From: Candidatus Binataceae bacterium
GTDB lineage: Bacteria; Desulfobacterota; Binatia; Binatales; Binataceae
NCBI GenBank assembly: GCA_963798375.1
Contig: CAWCTG010000007.1
Span: forward strand, 7,851-71,850
Reading direction: 5' to 3'
Length of the DNA stretch: 64,000 bases
The notes beneath the pieces were generated by a model. It was not told the DNA's origin, ran no database searches, and worked only from the letters and a program-made list of their open reading frames with translations. Shown here one piece after another: positions 53,212 to 62,868 of this stretch (position 1 is the first letter of the stretch; each line of letters opens with the position of its first letter). A program made the translations under genes and the position numbers.

Positions 53212-54138
53212 TCAGCACCCTGCTATCGCTTTGCCGAATATATCGGCTTCTTTTCGATTGTTAAAACGGAATTGAAACTCATTCAGGTACAGCGGCAGAT
53301 GTTTCCTGCTAACATTGTGGTACGTCCCGATGATTCCGCGCTTGAGCAGCGCCCAAAACGAATCAATCGACTGAGTATGAACCTTGCCACGTACATATTC
53401 GCCAGCACTATGGCGGCCGCTCTCATGCCGGAATTTGTCACTCAGCTTTTGATTGCCGTATGCTTCATCGGTAGCAACCAATTCCACCCTGTCCGAAACA
53501 ACCCTGCGAACGAATCCATCGAGCGTCGGCGTATCGGTAGTCTCGATCATTTTGCAGACCACGTTGCCCTTACGGGAAATCGCGCCGATGACTGGCTGCT
53601 TGCCGGTCGTGCCTTTGGTGTTTGGGCCGATGCGCTTGCTGCGATGTTTGTTCTTTTCCTTTCCACCAATATACGTCTCATCAACTTCTACGATGCCCAT
53701 CAGTTGACGGAAATCGGGGTCGAACATACCGGCTCGCAGACGCATACACATATACCAAGCCGAGCGATACGAGCCGGTTCCAAGCAAACGATGAATCTGC
53801 AATGCGCTGATGCCCTTCTTGGAAGTCAGCATGAGCAGCAGAGTCTTAAACCACGAACGCAACGGCAGTTTGGTTTCCTCGAAGATCGTTCCGGTCTTGA
53901 GCGAGAAGCGATAAGGCGAGCGATTATCCTTGCCGCATTTCTTGCACTGCCAATGCCACGGACGCGCCGTGCTCTCATAAACGTGATCGTTATTGCAACG
54001 CGGGCATTTCGGGCCAGCGGGCCAGCGGCGCGAGAGCAGATACGTCCAGCACGATTGCTCGTCCGGGAACATCTGCTCGAAGTCGGAGAGCGTCATTTGT
54101 CGCGTAAATTTCGGTTCGTTTTCTTTCCAATCCTTCAT
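53212..54138 (-). CDS. IS1595 family transposase (ISXO2-like DDE domain with N-terminal transposase zinc-ribbon)
   Basis: ...WPAGPKCPRCNNDHVY...WQCKKCGK Zn ribbon, and an ISXO2-like region (...GIVEVDETYIGGKEKNKH...VATDEAYGNQKL...). Confidence 0.85.
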   Translation of the reverse strand: MKDWKENEPKFTRQMTLSDFEQMFPDEQSCWTYLLSRRWPAGPKCPRCNNDHVYESTARPWHWQCKKCGKDNRSPYRFSLKTGTIFEETKLPLRSWFKTLLLMLTSKKGISALQIHRLLGTGSYRSAWYMCMRLRAGMFDPDFRQLMGIVEVDETYIGGKEKNKHRSKRIGPNTKGTTGKQPVIGAISRKGNVVCKMIETTDTPTLDGFVRRVVSDRVELVATDEAYGNQKLSDKFRHESGRHSAGEYVRGKVHTQSIDSFWALLKRGIIGTYHNVSRKHLPLYLNEFQFRFNNRKEADIFGKAIAGC

Positions 54139-54165
54139 GATCCATATATTAGCAAAAAGCAGCGT

Positions 54166-54196
54166 GGTAGTCAACACCAGCATACTTCCCTATGCA
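54166..54196. repeat. terminal inverted repeat (right)
   Basis: GGTAGTCAACACCAGCATACTTCCCTATGCA is the reverse complement of the left inverted repeat. It is immediately followed by the hairpin GCTCTCC-ctgtga-GGAGAGC (54199-54218). Confidence 0.65.
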
Positions 54197-54228
54197 AAGC
54201 TCTCCCTGTGAGGAGAGCCTGGCAAGAA

Positions 54229-54345
54229 TCAGATCTTCTGATTCGTTTTGCGCCAGTCGGCGAGGAAGCGCTCAAGCCCGAGATCCGTCAGCGGATCATG
54301 CAGCGTCTGTTTGAGCACCGCGAACGGCACCGTCGCGATATCGGC
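54229..54345. repeat. degenerate direct copy A of the 3' end of the tal gene (about 92% identity to 55445-55561)
   Basis: Alignable base-by-base to the last ~115 nt of tal, including the stop codon. Confidence 0.75.
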
Positions 54346-54390
54346 AGCGATCCCGTCAAGCCGCTATTCGTGTTTCGTTCTCCTGAACTA

Positions 54391-54414
54391 AAAACGTTTC
54401 ACGTGAAACGTTTT
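54391..54414. repeat. 24-bp perfect palindrome AAAACGTTTCACGTGAAACGTTTT
   Basis: Read directly from the sequence. CACGTG core. Lies between tal-3' copies A and B. Confidence 0.7.
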
Positions 54415-54544
54415 CCTGAAAACCTTAGCAGCACAGCACCATTTTCGACCGCTTTTGAAAAAAGTGACTGCCATTGCACGTGCCTGCTTAACATTGGGCG
54501 CAGGGGCCAGCCCACCCACCTGAGTCAGAAGCAAGGACCGGAAG

Positions 54545-54649
54545 TTAGATCTTCTGATTCGTCTTGCGCCAGTCGGCCAGGAAGCGCTCGAGCCCGAGAT
54601 CCGTCAGCGGATGATGCAGCGTCTGTTTGAGCGCTGCGAACGGCACTGT
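54545..54649. repeat. degenerate direct copy B of the 3' end of the tal gene
   Basis: About 105 nt alignable to 55445-55550, with divergence after ...GAACGGCACTGT. Confidence 0.75.
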
Positions 54650-54692
54650 AGCGACCTGCGCATCTCTCTAACCGGGCACAACGCCGGCACCG

Positions 54693-55226
54693 CTATCTTT
54701 TCGGATTCGGCTTCAGCTTCGACGCGTCGTCCAGTCCCATCCCCTCCAGCGACATCTCGAACCTGGCCTTCATCTGCGCGTCCTCAGCAGTTAAGTTCCG
54801 GGTGTAGGTGCAGAACTCGAGCTGAATGCCGTTGGGATCCTTAAAGTAGATCGACTTCGCCCATTCATGATCGACCACCTCGGTGACCTTCACACCCTTG
54901 GCGATCAGTTCGCGGCGCTTGTCCTCGAGCGCGGCCTCGGTGCCGGCCTCGAAAGCGAAGTGATAGAAGCCGCTCGGCACGCCGAGACCGCGGTTGATGC
55001 CCGCGTCGTATTCGGCGGGGATGCCCGGGACTCCGCGCGCCTCCATGAACGCGATCAACTGGTCGCGCCCGGTATCGAAGAAGATGTGACGGATCTGGCC
55101 GCCTTCGTGGATCGGAATGATGTCGGATCGGACCGGCTTGAAGCCAAGGACGTTCATATAGAAGTCCCGGGTCTTGTCCAAATCCAAGGTCGACAGGCCG
55201 ATGTGCGAGAAACCTTTGCTAGCCAT
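54693..55226 (-). CDS. VOC family protein (glyoxalase/bleomycin-resistance/dioxygenase fold)
   Basis: FSHIGLSTLDLDKTRDFYMNVLGF and a second beta-alpha-beta-beta-beta module. Lies between tal-3' copy B and intact tal. Confidence 0.8.
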   Translation of the reverse strand: MASKGFSHIGLSTLDLDKTRDFYMNVLGFKPVRSDIIPIHEGGQIRHIFFDTGRDQLIAFMEARGVPGIPAEYDAGINRGLGVPSGFYHFAFEAGTEAALEDKRRELIAKGVKVTEVVDHEWAKSIYFKDPNGIQLEFCTYTRNLTAEDAQMKARFEMSLEGMGLDDASKLKPNPKR

Positions 55227-55444
55227 ACCAGTCACCTCTTATCCGGAATTTCCATTGTCAATCCTGAACTGGATTAGCACCGGCATCGGGCGTTTCGCAA
55301 ATGCGAAGTTCGAGCCCGGTTTTTAGGTCCCAAGGGCTTTCGAGCGCGTCGCAGAACGGACCAGTTCTCCCTCGTTCTTAAAGCACCCTGAACTGACGCT
55401 CTTCCAACCGAGCGCCGGCCGCCGCCACAGATTCCCGAGATTGA

Positions 55445-56095
55445 TCAGATCTTCTGGTTGGTCTTGCGCCAGTCGGCCAGGAAGCGCTCGAGCCCGAGAT
55501 CCGTCAGCGGATGATGCAGCGTCTGCTTGAGCACCGCGAACGGCACTGTCGCGATATCGGCGCCGACCGCGGCCGCACGCAGCAGATGCGTCGTGTTGCG
55601 CACCGACGCGACCAGTACCTCCGCCGGATAGTCGTAGTTCGACAGTATCTGCACCATATCCTCGACGATCTGCATTCCGTCCTGTCCGATGTCATCGAGC
55701 CGTCCGATAAACGGCGACAGAAACGAGGCGCCGACTTTGGCAGCCGCGAGCGCCTGGAGCGGGGTGAAGATCAGCGTGACGTTGACGCGGATGCCGCGTT
55801 TGGCGAGCGCGCGGGTCGCCTTGAGGCCTTCGACGATCATTGGGCATTTCACGACGATGTTCTTGTGGAGCTTGGCGAGCTTCTCGCCCTCCTCGATCAT
55901 CGCAGAAGCTTCAGTTGCGACGACTTCAGCGCTGATCGGCCCGTCGACGATTTCGCAAATCTCTCGCAGCACGTCGTGATACGGGCGGCCGGTTTTCGCC
56001 ATCAAGGATGGATTGGTGGTGACTCCGTCGATGAGCCCCCAACTGGCGGCCTCGCGAATCTCGGCGACTTCTGCGGTATCGATAAAATATTTCAT
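55445..56095 (-). CDS. tal: transaldolase / fructose-6-phosphate aldolase family (short form)
   Basis: [13 protein letters not shown]...GVTTNPSL...VKCPM match the Fsa/TalC-like class-I aldolase family (about 216 aa). Confidence 0.85.
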   Translation of the reverse strand: MKYFIDTAEVAEIREAASWGLIDGVTTNPSLMAKTGRPYHDVLREICEIVDGPISAEVVATEASAMIEEGEKLAKLHKNIVVKCPMIVEGLKATRALAKRGIRVNVTLIFTPLQALAAAKVGASFLSPFIGRLDDIGQDGMQIVEDMVQILSNYDYPAEVLVASVRNTTHLLRAAAVGADIATVPFAVLKQTLHHPLTDLGLERFLADWRKTNQKI

Positions 56096-56646
56096 CGGGT
56101 CGATGCCTCGCGTTTGGACGATTGCGGCCTCAGCAGGTCCGCTCGTGCAAGAGTAACACGAAATGGCGACTTGAGTCCCGCCAGCATCTCGGAAATCGAC
56201 GCGTTGAGTTTGGGATGGATCAGCGCGGGCGCCAGCTCGCTCATGGGGGCGAGCACAAAGCGGCGCTCATGAAGGCGCGGATGCGGAACCTTGAGGATTC
56301 GCGTATCGATGGTTTCCTTGTTAAAGAACAGCAAATCAAGGTCGATGATTCGCGGCCGGTACTTGCCGCGGGATTGCTTGCGTCCCTTGACGCGCTTGCG
56401 GCCCATGATTCGCTCGAGCGCGAGCAGGCGGCGCATCAGAACTTCGGCGGAGAGCTCAGTCTCGACTTCGACGACGCCGTTTAGAAACGCGCCCTTGAGA
56501 TCGCCCATCGGTTCGGTCTCGTAGATCGAGGATTGGCGCACGATCCTCGTGTCCGGGATCGCAGCGATCCGCTGAATCGCCTCGCGAAAATTGGCGGCTC
56601 GATCGCCTAGGTTACTGCCTATTCCGATGAAAGCCCGATTGGGCAT
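56092..56646 (-). CDS. folK: 2-amino-4-hydroxy-6-hydroxymethyldihydropteridine diphosphokinase
   Basis: [11 protein letters not shown]...ETEPMG...IDLDLL HPPK motifs. ATGA overlap with tal. Confidence 0.85.
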   Translation of the reverse strand: MPNRAFIGIGSNLGDRAANFREAIQRIAAIPDTRIVRQSSIYETEPMGDLKGAFLNGVVEVETELSAEVLMRRLLALERIMGRKRVKGRKQSRGKYRPRIIDLDLLFFNKETIDTRILKVPHPRLHERRFVLAPMSELAPALIHPKLNASISEMLAGLKSPFRVTLARADLLRPQSSKREASTR

Positions 56647-56654
56647 CCTCGCCG

Positions 56655-57824
56655 TTACAACCGCAGCGCTTTTAGTCGGTCCACCGCCTCGACCAACCGT
56701 TCGCTCGACACCGTAAGTGAAAAGCGAACGTATCCTTCACCACCCTTGCCGAACCCGGAGCCGGGCGTAATCGCGACGCCGGCTTCCTTCAATACGCGCT
56801 CGGTAAATGAAACCGAGGTGTAACCACGCGGAACTTTGGTCCAGACGTAAAACGTCGCCCGCGGCCGCTCGCATTCCAGGCCGAGCGCGCGGATCGAGCC
56901 GACCAGCAGGTCGCGGCGTTCCTTGTAGATTGCGCAATATTCGGCGAGCCTATCGCCGTCTCCCCCTTCCAGGCCCGTGATCGCGGCTTCCTGCACCGCC
57001 TGGAAAACGCCGGAATCCATGTTGGTCTTGACCTTGCCGAGCGCGCCGATCAACTGGGCATTGCCGATCGCGAATCCGACGCGCCATCCGGTCATCGAGA
57101 AGGTCTTGGACAACGAGTGGAACTCGATCGCACATTCGCGCGAGCCTTCGGCCTGGAAAATGCTCGGAGCTCGATAGCCGTCGTAGGCAATTTCGGAGTA
57201 GGCGCTGTCGTGGGCGAGGATGATGCCGTGCTTGAGGCAGAATTTGACCGCATCTTCGAAAAACGAGAGCTCCACGGTCGCCGCGGTTGGATTGTTCGGA
57301 TAGTTTAGCCACAGCATCCGGGCGCGGCGCGCCACTTCGGCGGGGATCGAGGCGAGATCGGGAACGAATCCGTTTTCTTTTCTGAGCCGCAGAAAATACG
57401 GCTCGCCTCCGTTGAAGACGCATCCCGAGTAGTACACCGGGTATCCGGGGTCGGGAATCAGCACGATGTCGCCAGGATCGACGACGGCGGTCGAGAAGTT
57501 TGCGATGCCTTCCTTGGTGCCAATCAGAGCGCAGACCTCCCGCTGATGGTCGAAGCTGACGCCGAAACGCCGCCGGTACCAATCCGCGGACGCCCGGCGA
57601 AATTGCGGCAAACCTTCGTAGTCGGGATAGCGGTGATTTTTGGGATCGTCGGCGGCGCGCTTGAGGGCCTCGACGATGTGGCGCGGAGTCGGCAGGTCGG
57701 GGTCCCCGATCGAGAGGCTGATAACGTCAACGCCCTTGCTTGCGACCTCCTTCTTCAGGCGGTCAAGTTCGGCAAAAAGGTAGGGCGGCAAAAGACCCAG
57801 TCGAGAAGCAGTCTTGATTTGCAC
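56655..57824 (-). CDS. dapL: LL-diaminopimelate aminotransferase-like class I/II aminotransferase (start uncertain; GTG at 57824 chosen)
   Basis: LPPYLFAELDRLK N-terminus and PLP-lysine region ...SLSKTFSMTGWR. Confidence 0.75.
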   Translation of the reverse strand: MQIKTASRLGLLPPYLFAELDRLKKEVASKGVDVISLSIGDPDLPTPRHIVEALKRAADDPKNHRYPDYEGLPQFRRASADWYRRRFGVSFDHQREVCALIGTKEGIANFSTAVVDPGDIVLIPDPGYPVYYSGCVFNGGEPYFLRLRKENGFVPDLASIPAEVARRARMLWLNYPNNPTAATVELSFFEDAVKFCLKHGIILAHDSAYSEIAYDGYRAPSIFQAEGSRECAIEFHSLSKTFSMTGWRVGFAIGNAQLIGALGKVKTNMDSGVFQAVQEAAITGLEGGDGDRLAEYCAIYKERRDLLVGSIRALGLECERPRATFYVWTKVPRGYTSVSFTERVLKEAGVAITPGSGFGKGGEGYVRFSLTVSSERLVEAVDRLKALRL

Positions 57825-58056
57825 CTGTCGAAACAGCCTCAGACCACGAGAACCTAGTCGTAAGTAACATACTTTCCGGACTGTCGAAACTACTTGTCGC
57901 AATAAATCGGCGTTCTCGCACAACGGGAATCCACAGTGCGTCCTTTGATTTGACGATCCAGCTGAACGTGTAGAATTAGCTTTACTTAAAAACGATTGTT
58001 TTGGTATAAATTCGCTGGCGCGGCGGCGGTCTTTCGGACTATTCACAAGCCTTATC

Positions 58057-58578
58057 GTGAGCACGAATCGGATAGTGCTGCCGCTTGCCCTGGCGATGCT
58101 GGTTTTGGGCGGGGCAGTGATCGCGCTGTCGCAGCGGCCATGGGCGCCCCGGGCAGACGTAGTTCAGCCGATACCATTTAGCCATCGAGTACACGCCGGG
58201 GTGAACAAGATTCCCTGTGCGTATTGTCATGCCTATGCAAGTCGATCGTCTGAACCGGGCATTCCGGCGGTAGCCAGATGCGTGGGATGCCACGGCAACA
58301 GGATTGCGGGAGGCGGAATCCAGCCGGTGACGCGGCCGTGGACGGACGACACGCCGGCGGCGTTCGAGATTCAGTGGAATCGCGTGTACACGCTGCCCGA
58401 CTTCGTGCGCTTCACGCATCGGCCGCATATTCATGCCGGCCTGCCATGCCAGAGTTGTCACGGCCCGGTGCAAACGATGGATCGCGTGGTGCCGGCGTTT
58501 GAAATCAACATGGGCTTCTGCGTGGACTGTCACACGGAGAAAAAAGCGACGCTCGACTGTGTAGGCTGTCATCACTGA
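58057..58578 (+). CDS. actA: Alternative Complex III subunit ActA-like pentahaem cytochrome c
   Basis: N-terminal TM anchor and five CxxCH motifs (CAYCH, CVGCH, CQSCH, CVDCH, CVGCH). Confidence 0.8.
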   Translation: MSTNRIVLPLALAMLVLGGAVIALSQRPWAPRADVVQPIPFSHRVHAGVNKIPCAYCHAYASRSSEPGIPAVARCVGCHGNRIAGGGIQPVTRPWTDDTPAAFEIQWNRVYTLPDFVRFTHRPHIHAGLPCQSCHGPVQTMDRVVPAFEINMGFCVDCHTEKKATLDCVGCHH

Positions 58579-58590
58579 GTGAGGGAGTAG

Positions 58591-61509
58591 ATGCGCGAGG
58601 GACCGTCGATATCCAGGCGATCATTCATCAAGCTGGCCGCGACTGCGGGTGCGGCGGCGGCGATCCCTGGCTGCGAGCCGGCGGCGAGGCAGCTTATCCC
58701 GTACGTGGTGCCCGATGAGAACGTAGTTCCCGGCGTGCCGAGTTTTTTTGCCACGACGTGTTCGGAGTGCCCGGCGGGATGCGGCGTGGTGGCGCGAATC
58801 CGGGAAGGGCGCGTCGTCAAGCTGGAGGGAAATCCAGCCGATCCCATTGGCCAGGGTTCTTTGTGCGCCCGGGGACAGGCGGCGCTGCAAGGCCTGTACA
58901 ATCCCGATCGCCTTGCGCGTCCGCAGGTTCGCGGCGAGGACGGCGCGATCCGGACCGTTTCGTGGGACGAAGCGGACAAAATGCTCGGCGACGGGCTGGC
59001 GGCGGCGTCGAAGGCGGGCAAGGATCGCGTCGCGTTCTTCGGTTCGCCGCAGGGCCCGGCGTTCAGGAAAATCGCGCTCGCGTTTCTCGGCGCTTATGGC
59101 TCGTCGCGTGCGATATTTTACGAGGCCATCAACCAGGAACCGGCGCGGGTTGCGGCGAAAACGATCTTTGGCCGGCGCGATCTGCCGTCGTATCGAATCG
59201 ATCAGGCCGAAGTGCTGATTTCCTTCGGTGCGGACTTTCTCGAGACCTGGCAATCCCCGGTGGAATTCGCGCGTCAATACTCGCTGTTCCGCACGCCTCA
59301 AAAGCGGCGCGGCACGCTGACCATTGGCCGCGCCACCTACGTCGGCCCGCGGCTCAGCATGACGGCGTCGAAGTGCGACGACTGGATCGCGACTGCTCCG
59401 GGTGCGGAGGCCGATGTTGCGTGGAGTGTGCTCAACGTTCTCGTCAAGCAGCGCTGGGTTTCTCAGAACTCGGGCTTCGATCTCGCGGCGCTGACCAAGG
59501 CGGTCGCGAATTTCGATCCGGCTGCCACCAGCGCGCGGACCGGCGTGCCGGTGGAAACCATTGCCAGGCTCGGTGAGAGGTTCGGCAGGGCCGACGGCGC
59601 GCTGGCAATCGCGGGCACGGACGATTCGTCGGCGCATCTTGCGGCGATGATCCTCACCGCGGTCACCGGCAATTTCGGCAAGACCGTAATGTTCTTCGAA
59701 GGCTCGCCGGCCGAAGAGACCAGCACGCCGGATGAAGTGGACGCGGCGGTTGACGCGATGCGCGGCGGCAAGATCGATGCGGTTTTCATCGCGGGCGGAA
59801 ATCCGGTTTTCGCGATGCCCGCGTCGGCGCGAGTAGCCGAGGCCATCCAGAAGGTTCCGTTCGTCGTGTGGGCGGGAGGCGTGCCGGACGAGACCGCCGC
59901 GATGGCGAGTCTTCTTCTGCCAGCGCATCATCCGCTCGAATCATGGCGTGACACGGCGCCGCGCGCGGGAATCCGCGGACTGGGGCAGCCGGTGATGCAG
60001 CCGGTGTTCGACAGCAAGCCGGTCGGCGACATCCTGCTGGCGGCGGCCGCGGGATCGTCGAGCGCGAAACTTCCGTGGTCGAGCGCTGCAGAGGCAGTCA
60101 AAGCTGAATGGCTGGCGCTGGCTCCCAAAGCAGACGGCGCCGATCCCGAAGATTTCTGGGTAAGCGTCCGGCGCGAAGGCGGATTGTTCGAGGAACAGCA
60201 TCTCTCGGCGCTCAGCCTCGACACGTCTCCGTTCAAGGCGCCCGTACCGGCCGCGGCTCATTCGGAACTTTCCGTTTACGCCTATCCACACATTTTCCTT
60301 TACGACGGCCGCGGCGCGGACAAGCCGTGGCTCCAGGAATTGCCCGAGCCGGTCACGCAGATCGTGTGGGACAGTTGGGCCGAGATCCATCCCGAGACGG
60401 CGCGCAAGCTCGGCGTCGCCAAGGACGACGTCATCGAGATCAAAACGGAGCAAGGAGCGATCGAGGCGCCGGTCCTGGTGGAGAGCACTGTTCGTCCGGG
60501 CGTGATCGCGGTTCCTTTGGGACAGGGGCACCGCGCGTACGGCCGTTATGCAAAAGACGTCGGCGCAAATGCGTGGGCGATATTGGCGGCGGGCGCGACC
60601 AGTGCGGCCGCGACCGCGCGCGCGACCGGCAAGACTCGCACGCTCGTTTCACCGCTGGGCAAGAGCGACATGATGGGCCGATCGATCGTCGAGGCGATGA
60701 GTATCGAGCAGTTGGCGCGCGGCGCGGTTCCCAGGAGCGAGGCCGAAGAAGTCACCGGGCCGTTCGAAATGTACCCGCCCTGGAAATATCTGCAGCACAA
60801 ATGGGGCATGACGATCGACGTCAATGCGTGCACCGGATGCAGCGCGTGCGTGACCGCGTGCTACGCGGAGAACAACGTCCCGACGGTCGGCAAGGACGGG
60901 GTCGATCGGGGCCGAATCATGTCGTGGATTCGCATCGAGCGTTACTTCCCGCCGGCCAGCGAAGCGGCGCAAGCGCCGCAGCTCTACCTCGCGCCGATGC
61001 TGTGTCAGCAGTGCGATCACGCGCCGTGCGAGCCGGTCTGCCCGGTGTTTGCGTCGTATCACACCGAAGAAGGCCTCAACGGCCAGGTTTACAATCGATG
61101 CGTCGGCACGCGCTATTGCGAAAACAACTGTCCGTACAAGGTGCGTCGATTCAACTGGTTCGTGCCGGAGTGGCCCGCGCCGCTGAACCTGCAACTCAAT
61201 CCCGACGTGACGGTGCGCGGCGCCGGCGTGATGGAGAAATGCACGTTCTGCGTGCAGCGAATCCAGTTCGCCGAGCTCAACGCGAGGACTGAAGATCGCG
61301 AGCTGCGCGACGGCGAGATCGTCACGGCCTGCCAGCAGGCGTGCCCGACGCGCGCAATCACGTTTGGCGACGGCAACGATCCCGCGAGCGCGATGATGCG
61401 CCGGCGCGAAGACAACAAGCTGCGCAACTATCGCGCGCTGGAAGAACTCAACACGCAACCGGCTATCACGTATCTGCGCGATCTCTATCGCGAGAAAGGA
61501 AGGGCCTGA
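58591..61509 (+). CDS. actB: Alternative Complex III subunit ActB (fused molybdopterin-oxidoreductase-like and 4Fe-4S ferredoxin domains)
   Basis: Tat signal RRSFIKLAATAGAAAA. CISM-like large domain. C-terminal CxxCxxCxxxCP clusters (CTGCSACVTAC, CQQCDHAPCEPVCP, and others). Confidence 0.85.
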   Translation: MREGPSISRRSFIKLAATAGAAAAIPGCEPAARQLIPYVVPDENVVPGVPSFFATTCSECPAGCGVVARIREGRVVKLEGNPADPIGQGSLCARGQAALQGLYNPDRLARPQVRGEDGAIRTVSWDEADKMLGDGLAAASKAGKDRVAFFGSPQGPAFRKIALAFLGAYGSSRAIFYEAINQEPARVAAKTIFGRRDLPSYRIDQAEVLISFGADFLETWQSPVEFARQYSLFRTPQKRRGTLTIGRATYVGPRLSMTASKCDDWIATAPGAEADVAWSVLNVLVKQRWVSQNSGFDLAALTKAVANFDPAATSARTGVPVETIARLGERFGRADGALAIAGTDDSSAHLAAMILTAVTGNFGKTVMFFEGSPAEETSTPDEVDAAVDAMRGGKIDAVFIAGGNPVFAMPASARVAEAIQKVPFVVWAGGVPDETAAMASLLLPAHHPLESWRDTAPRAGIRGLGQPVMQPVFDSKPVGDILLAAAAGSSSAKLPWSSAAEAVKAEWLALAPKADGADPEDFWVSVRREGGLFEEQHLSALSLDTSPFKAPVPAAAHSELSVYAYPHIFLYDGRGADKPWLQELPEPVTQIVWDSWAEIHPETARKLGVAKDDVIEIKTEQGAIEAPVLVESTVRPGVIAVPLGQGHRAYGRYAKDVGANAWAILAAGATSAAATARATGKTRTLVSPLGKSDMMGRSIVEAMSIEQLARGAVPRSEAEEVTGPFEMYPPWKYLQHKWGMTIDVNACTGCSACVTACYAENNVPTVGKDGVDRGRIMSWIRIERYFPPASEAAQAPQLYLAPMLCQQCDHAPCEPVCPVFASYHTEEGLNGQVYNRCVGTRYCENNCPYKVRRFNWFVPEWPAPLNLQLNPDVTVRGAGVMEKCTFCVQRIQFAELNARTEDRELRDGEIVTACQQACPTRAITFGDGNDPASAMMRRREDNKLRNYRALEELNTQPAITYLRDLYREKGRA

Positions 61510-62868
61510 GTGGCTGCGGCGCCGAAGATAACAGCAGAGCCGAGTTACCGCGATATTGACCGCAGCGTGCTGCGGGTGATGGAACCGGCCGGCCTGGCGT
61601 ATTGGGCGTGGATCGGATTCTGCTTCACGCTGGTTGCGATCGCGGCCGCATTGTGGGTTCGTCAGATCTACAGCGGGTTGGGCGTGACGGGTCTTCGCCA
61701 GCCCGTGATGTGGGCAATCTACATCACTAACTTCGTCTTCTGGGTCGGTATCGCGCACTCGGGAACGTTGATCTCCGCGATTCTGTTCCTGTTCCGCACC
61801 AAGTGGCGCACCGCGGTTTATCGCGCCGCGGAGACGATGACGATATTTGCGGTCGCGACGGCGGGACTCTTCCCGCTGGTCCATCTCGGCCGCGTATGGT
61901 TTTTCTATTGGCTATTGCCATACCCTAATGAGCGATACCTACAGCCCGACTTCCGCTCGCCACTGGTGTGGGACGCTTTCGCAGTAAGTACCTATCTGAC
62001 TATTAGCGCGCTGTTCTGGACGATGGGACTGATTCCCGACATCGCAAACGCGCGCGAGGCCGCCACCGGATGGCGCAAGAAGTTCTACACGGTGCTGGCG
62101 ATCGGATGGCAGGGTACCGATCGCCAATGGCGGCATTACTCAATGGCGTACCTGCTGATGGCGGGTCTGGCGACCCCGCTGGTCGTGTCGGTCCATTCGG
62201 TGGTGTCGTGGGATTTCGCGATGGCGATAAATCCGGGCTGGCACAGCACGATCTTCGCGCCATACTTCGTTGCCGGGGCGATTTTCTCCGGCGTCGCGAT
62301 GGTTATCACGCTGCTAATTCCGATGCGCAGGATGCTGGGTATCGAAGATCTGCTGACGGAGTGGCATTTCGACAATCTGGCCAAGGTCGTGCTGCTGACC
62401 TCGCTGGTCGTTTCGTACGCGTACATTACGGAAAGTTTCATGGCCTGGTACTCGGGCGATCCGATCGAGCAAGCGATGTTCCACATGCGATACTTCGGGC
62501 CGTGGGGCTGGATGTTCTGGGTAATGGTCTTGTGCAACTGCGTAATACCATTGTTGCTATTCTCGCCGCGCATCCGGGTTAACATGATCGCGCTCTGGAT
62601 AATCACAATTTTTGTGAACATCGGGATGTGGCTCGAGCGTTTCGTGATTATTGCGGGTTCGCTGACGGCGAACTTCGAGCCTTCGCAGTGGGCCTTCTAC
62701 CGTCCGTCGATCACTGAAGTCATGATCACGGTTGGCAGCTTCGCGTGGTTCGTCGGTCTGTTCTCGCTCTTCGCAAAGTTCCTGCCGATCATATCGATGA
62801 CGGAACTTAAGGAAGGAATCGTCTGGCTTCGGAAGGCGCTCAAGATGGATCGAGTCAAAGCCGCATGA
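61510..62868 (+). CDS. actC: Alternative Complex III subunit ActC (NrfD/PsrC-like polytopic membrane quinol-binding subunit)
   Basis: GTG start overlapping the ActB stop. About 10 TM helices. NrfD-family composition. Confidence 0.85.
   Translation: MAAAPKITAEPSYRDIDRSVLRVMEPAGLAYWAWIGFCFTLVAIAAALWVRQIYSGLGVTGLRQPVMWAIYITNFVFWVGIAHSGTLISAILFLFRTKWRTAVYRAAETMTIFAVATAGLFPLVHLGRVWFFYWLLPYPNERYLQPDFRSPLVWDAFAVSTYLTISALFWTMGLIPDIANAREAATGWRKKFYTVLAIGWQGTDRQWRHYSMAYLLMAGLATPLVVSVHSVVSWDFAMAINPGWHSTIFAPYFVAGAIFSGVAMVITLLIPMRRMLGIEDLLTEWHFDNLAKVVLLTSLVVSYAYITESFMAWYSGDPIEQAMFHMRYFGPWGWMFWVMVLCNCVIPLLLFSPRIRVNMIALWIITIFVNIGMWLERFVIIAGSLTANFEPSQWAFYRPSITEVMITVGSFAWFVGLFSLFAKFLPIISMTELKEGIVWLRKALKMDRVKAA

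Larger units (their letters stand above)
51813..54196. mobile_element. IS1595-family-like element with passenger genes, bounded by about 31-bp terminal inverted repeats
   Basis: Left inverted repeat TGCAAAGGGAAGTATGCTGGTGTTGACTACC (51813-51843). The right end (54166-54196) is its reverse complement with 1-2 mismatches. The interior is low in GC and carries an IS1595 transposase. No clear target-site duplication. Confidence 0.6.

Noticed and set aside
52756-54630. 624-aa ORF on the + strand across the transposase region and tal-repeat copies
   Set aside because: Antisense to the IS1595 transposase and runs through non-coding repeats. Composition is implausible for a protein.
60649-61884. 411-aa ORF on the - strand inside actB/actC
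   Set aside because: Antisense to clearly coding act genes. Arg-rich garbage translation.
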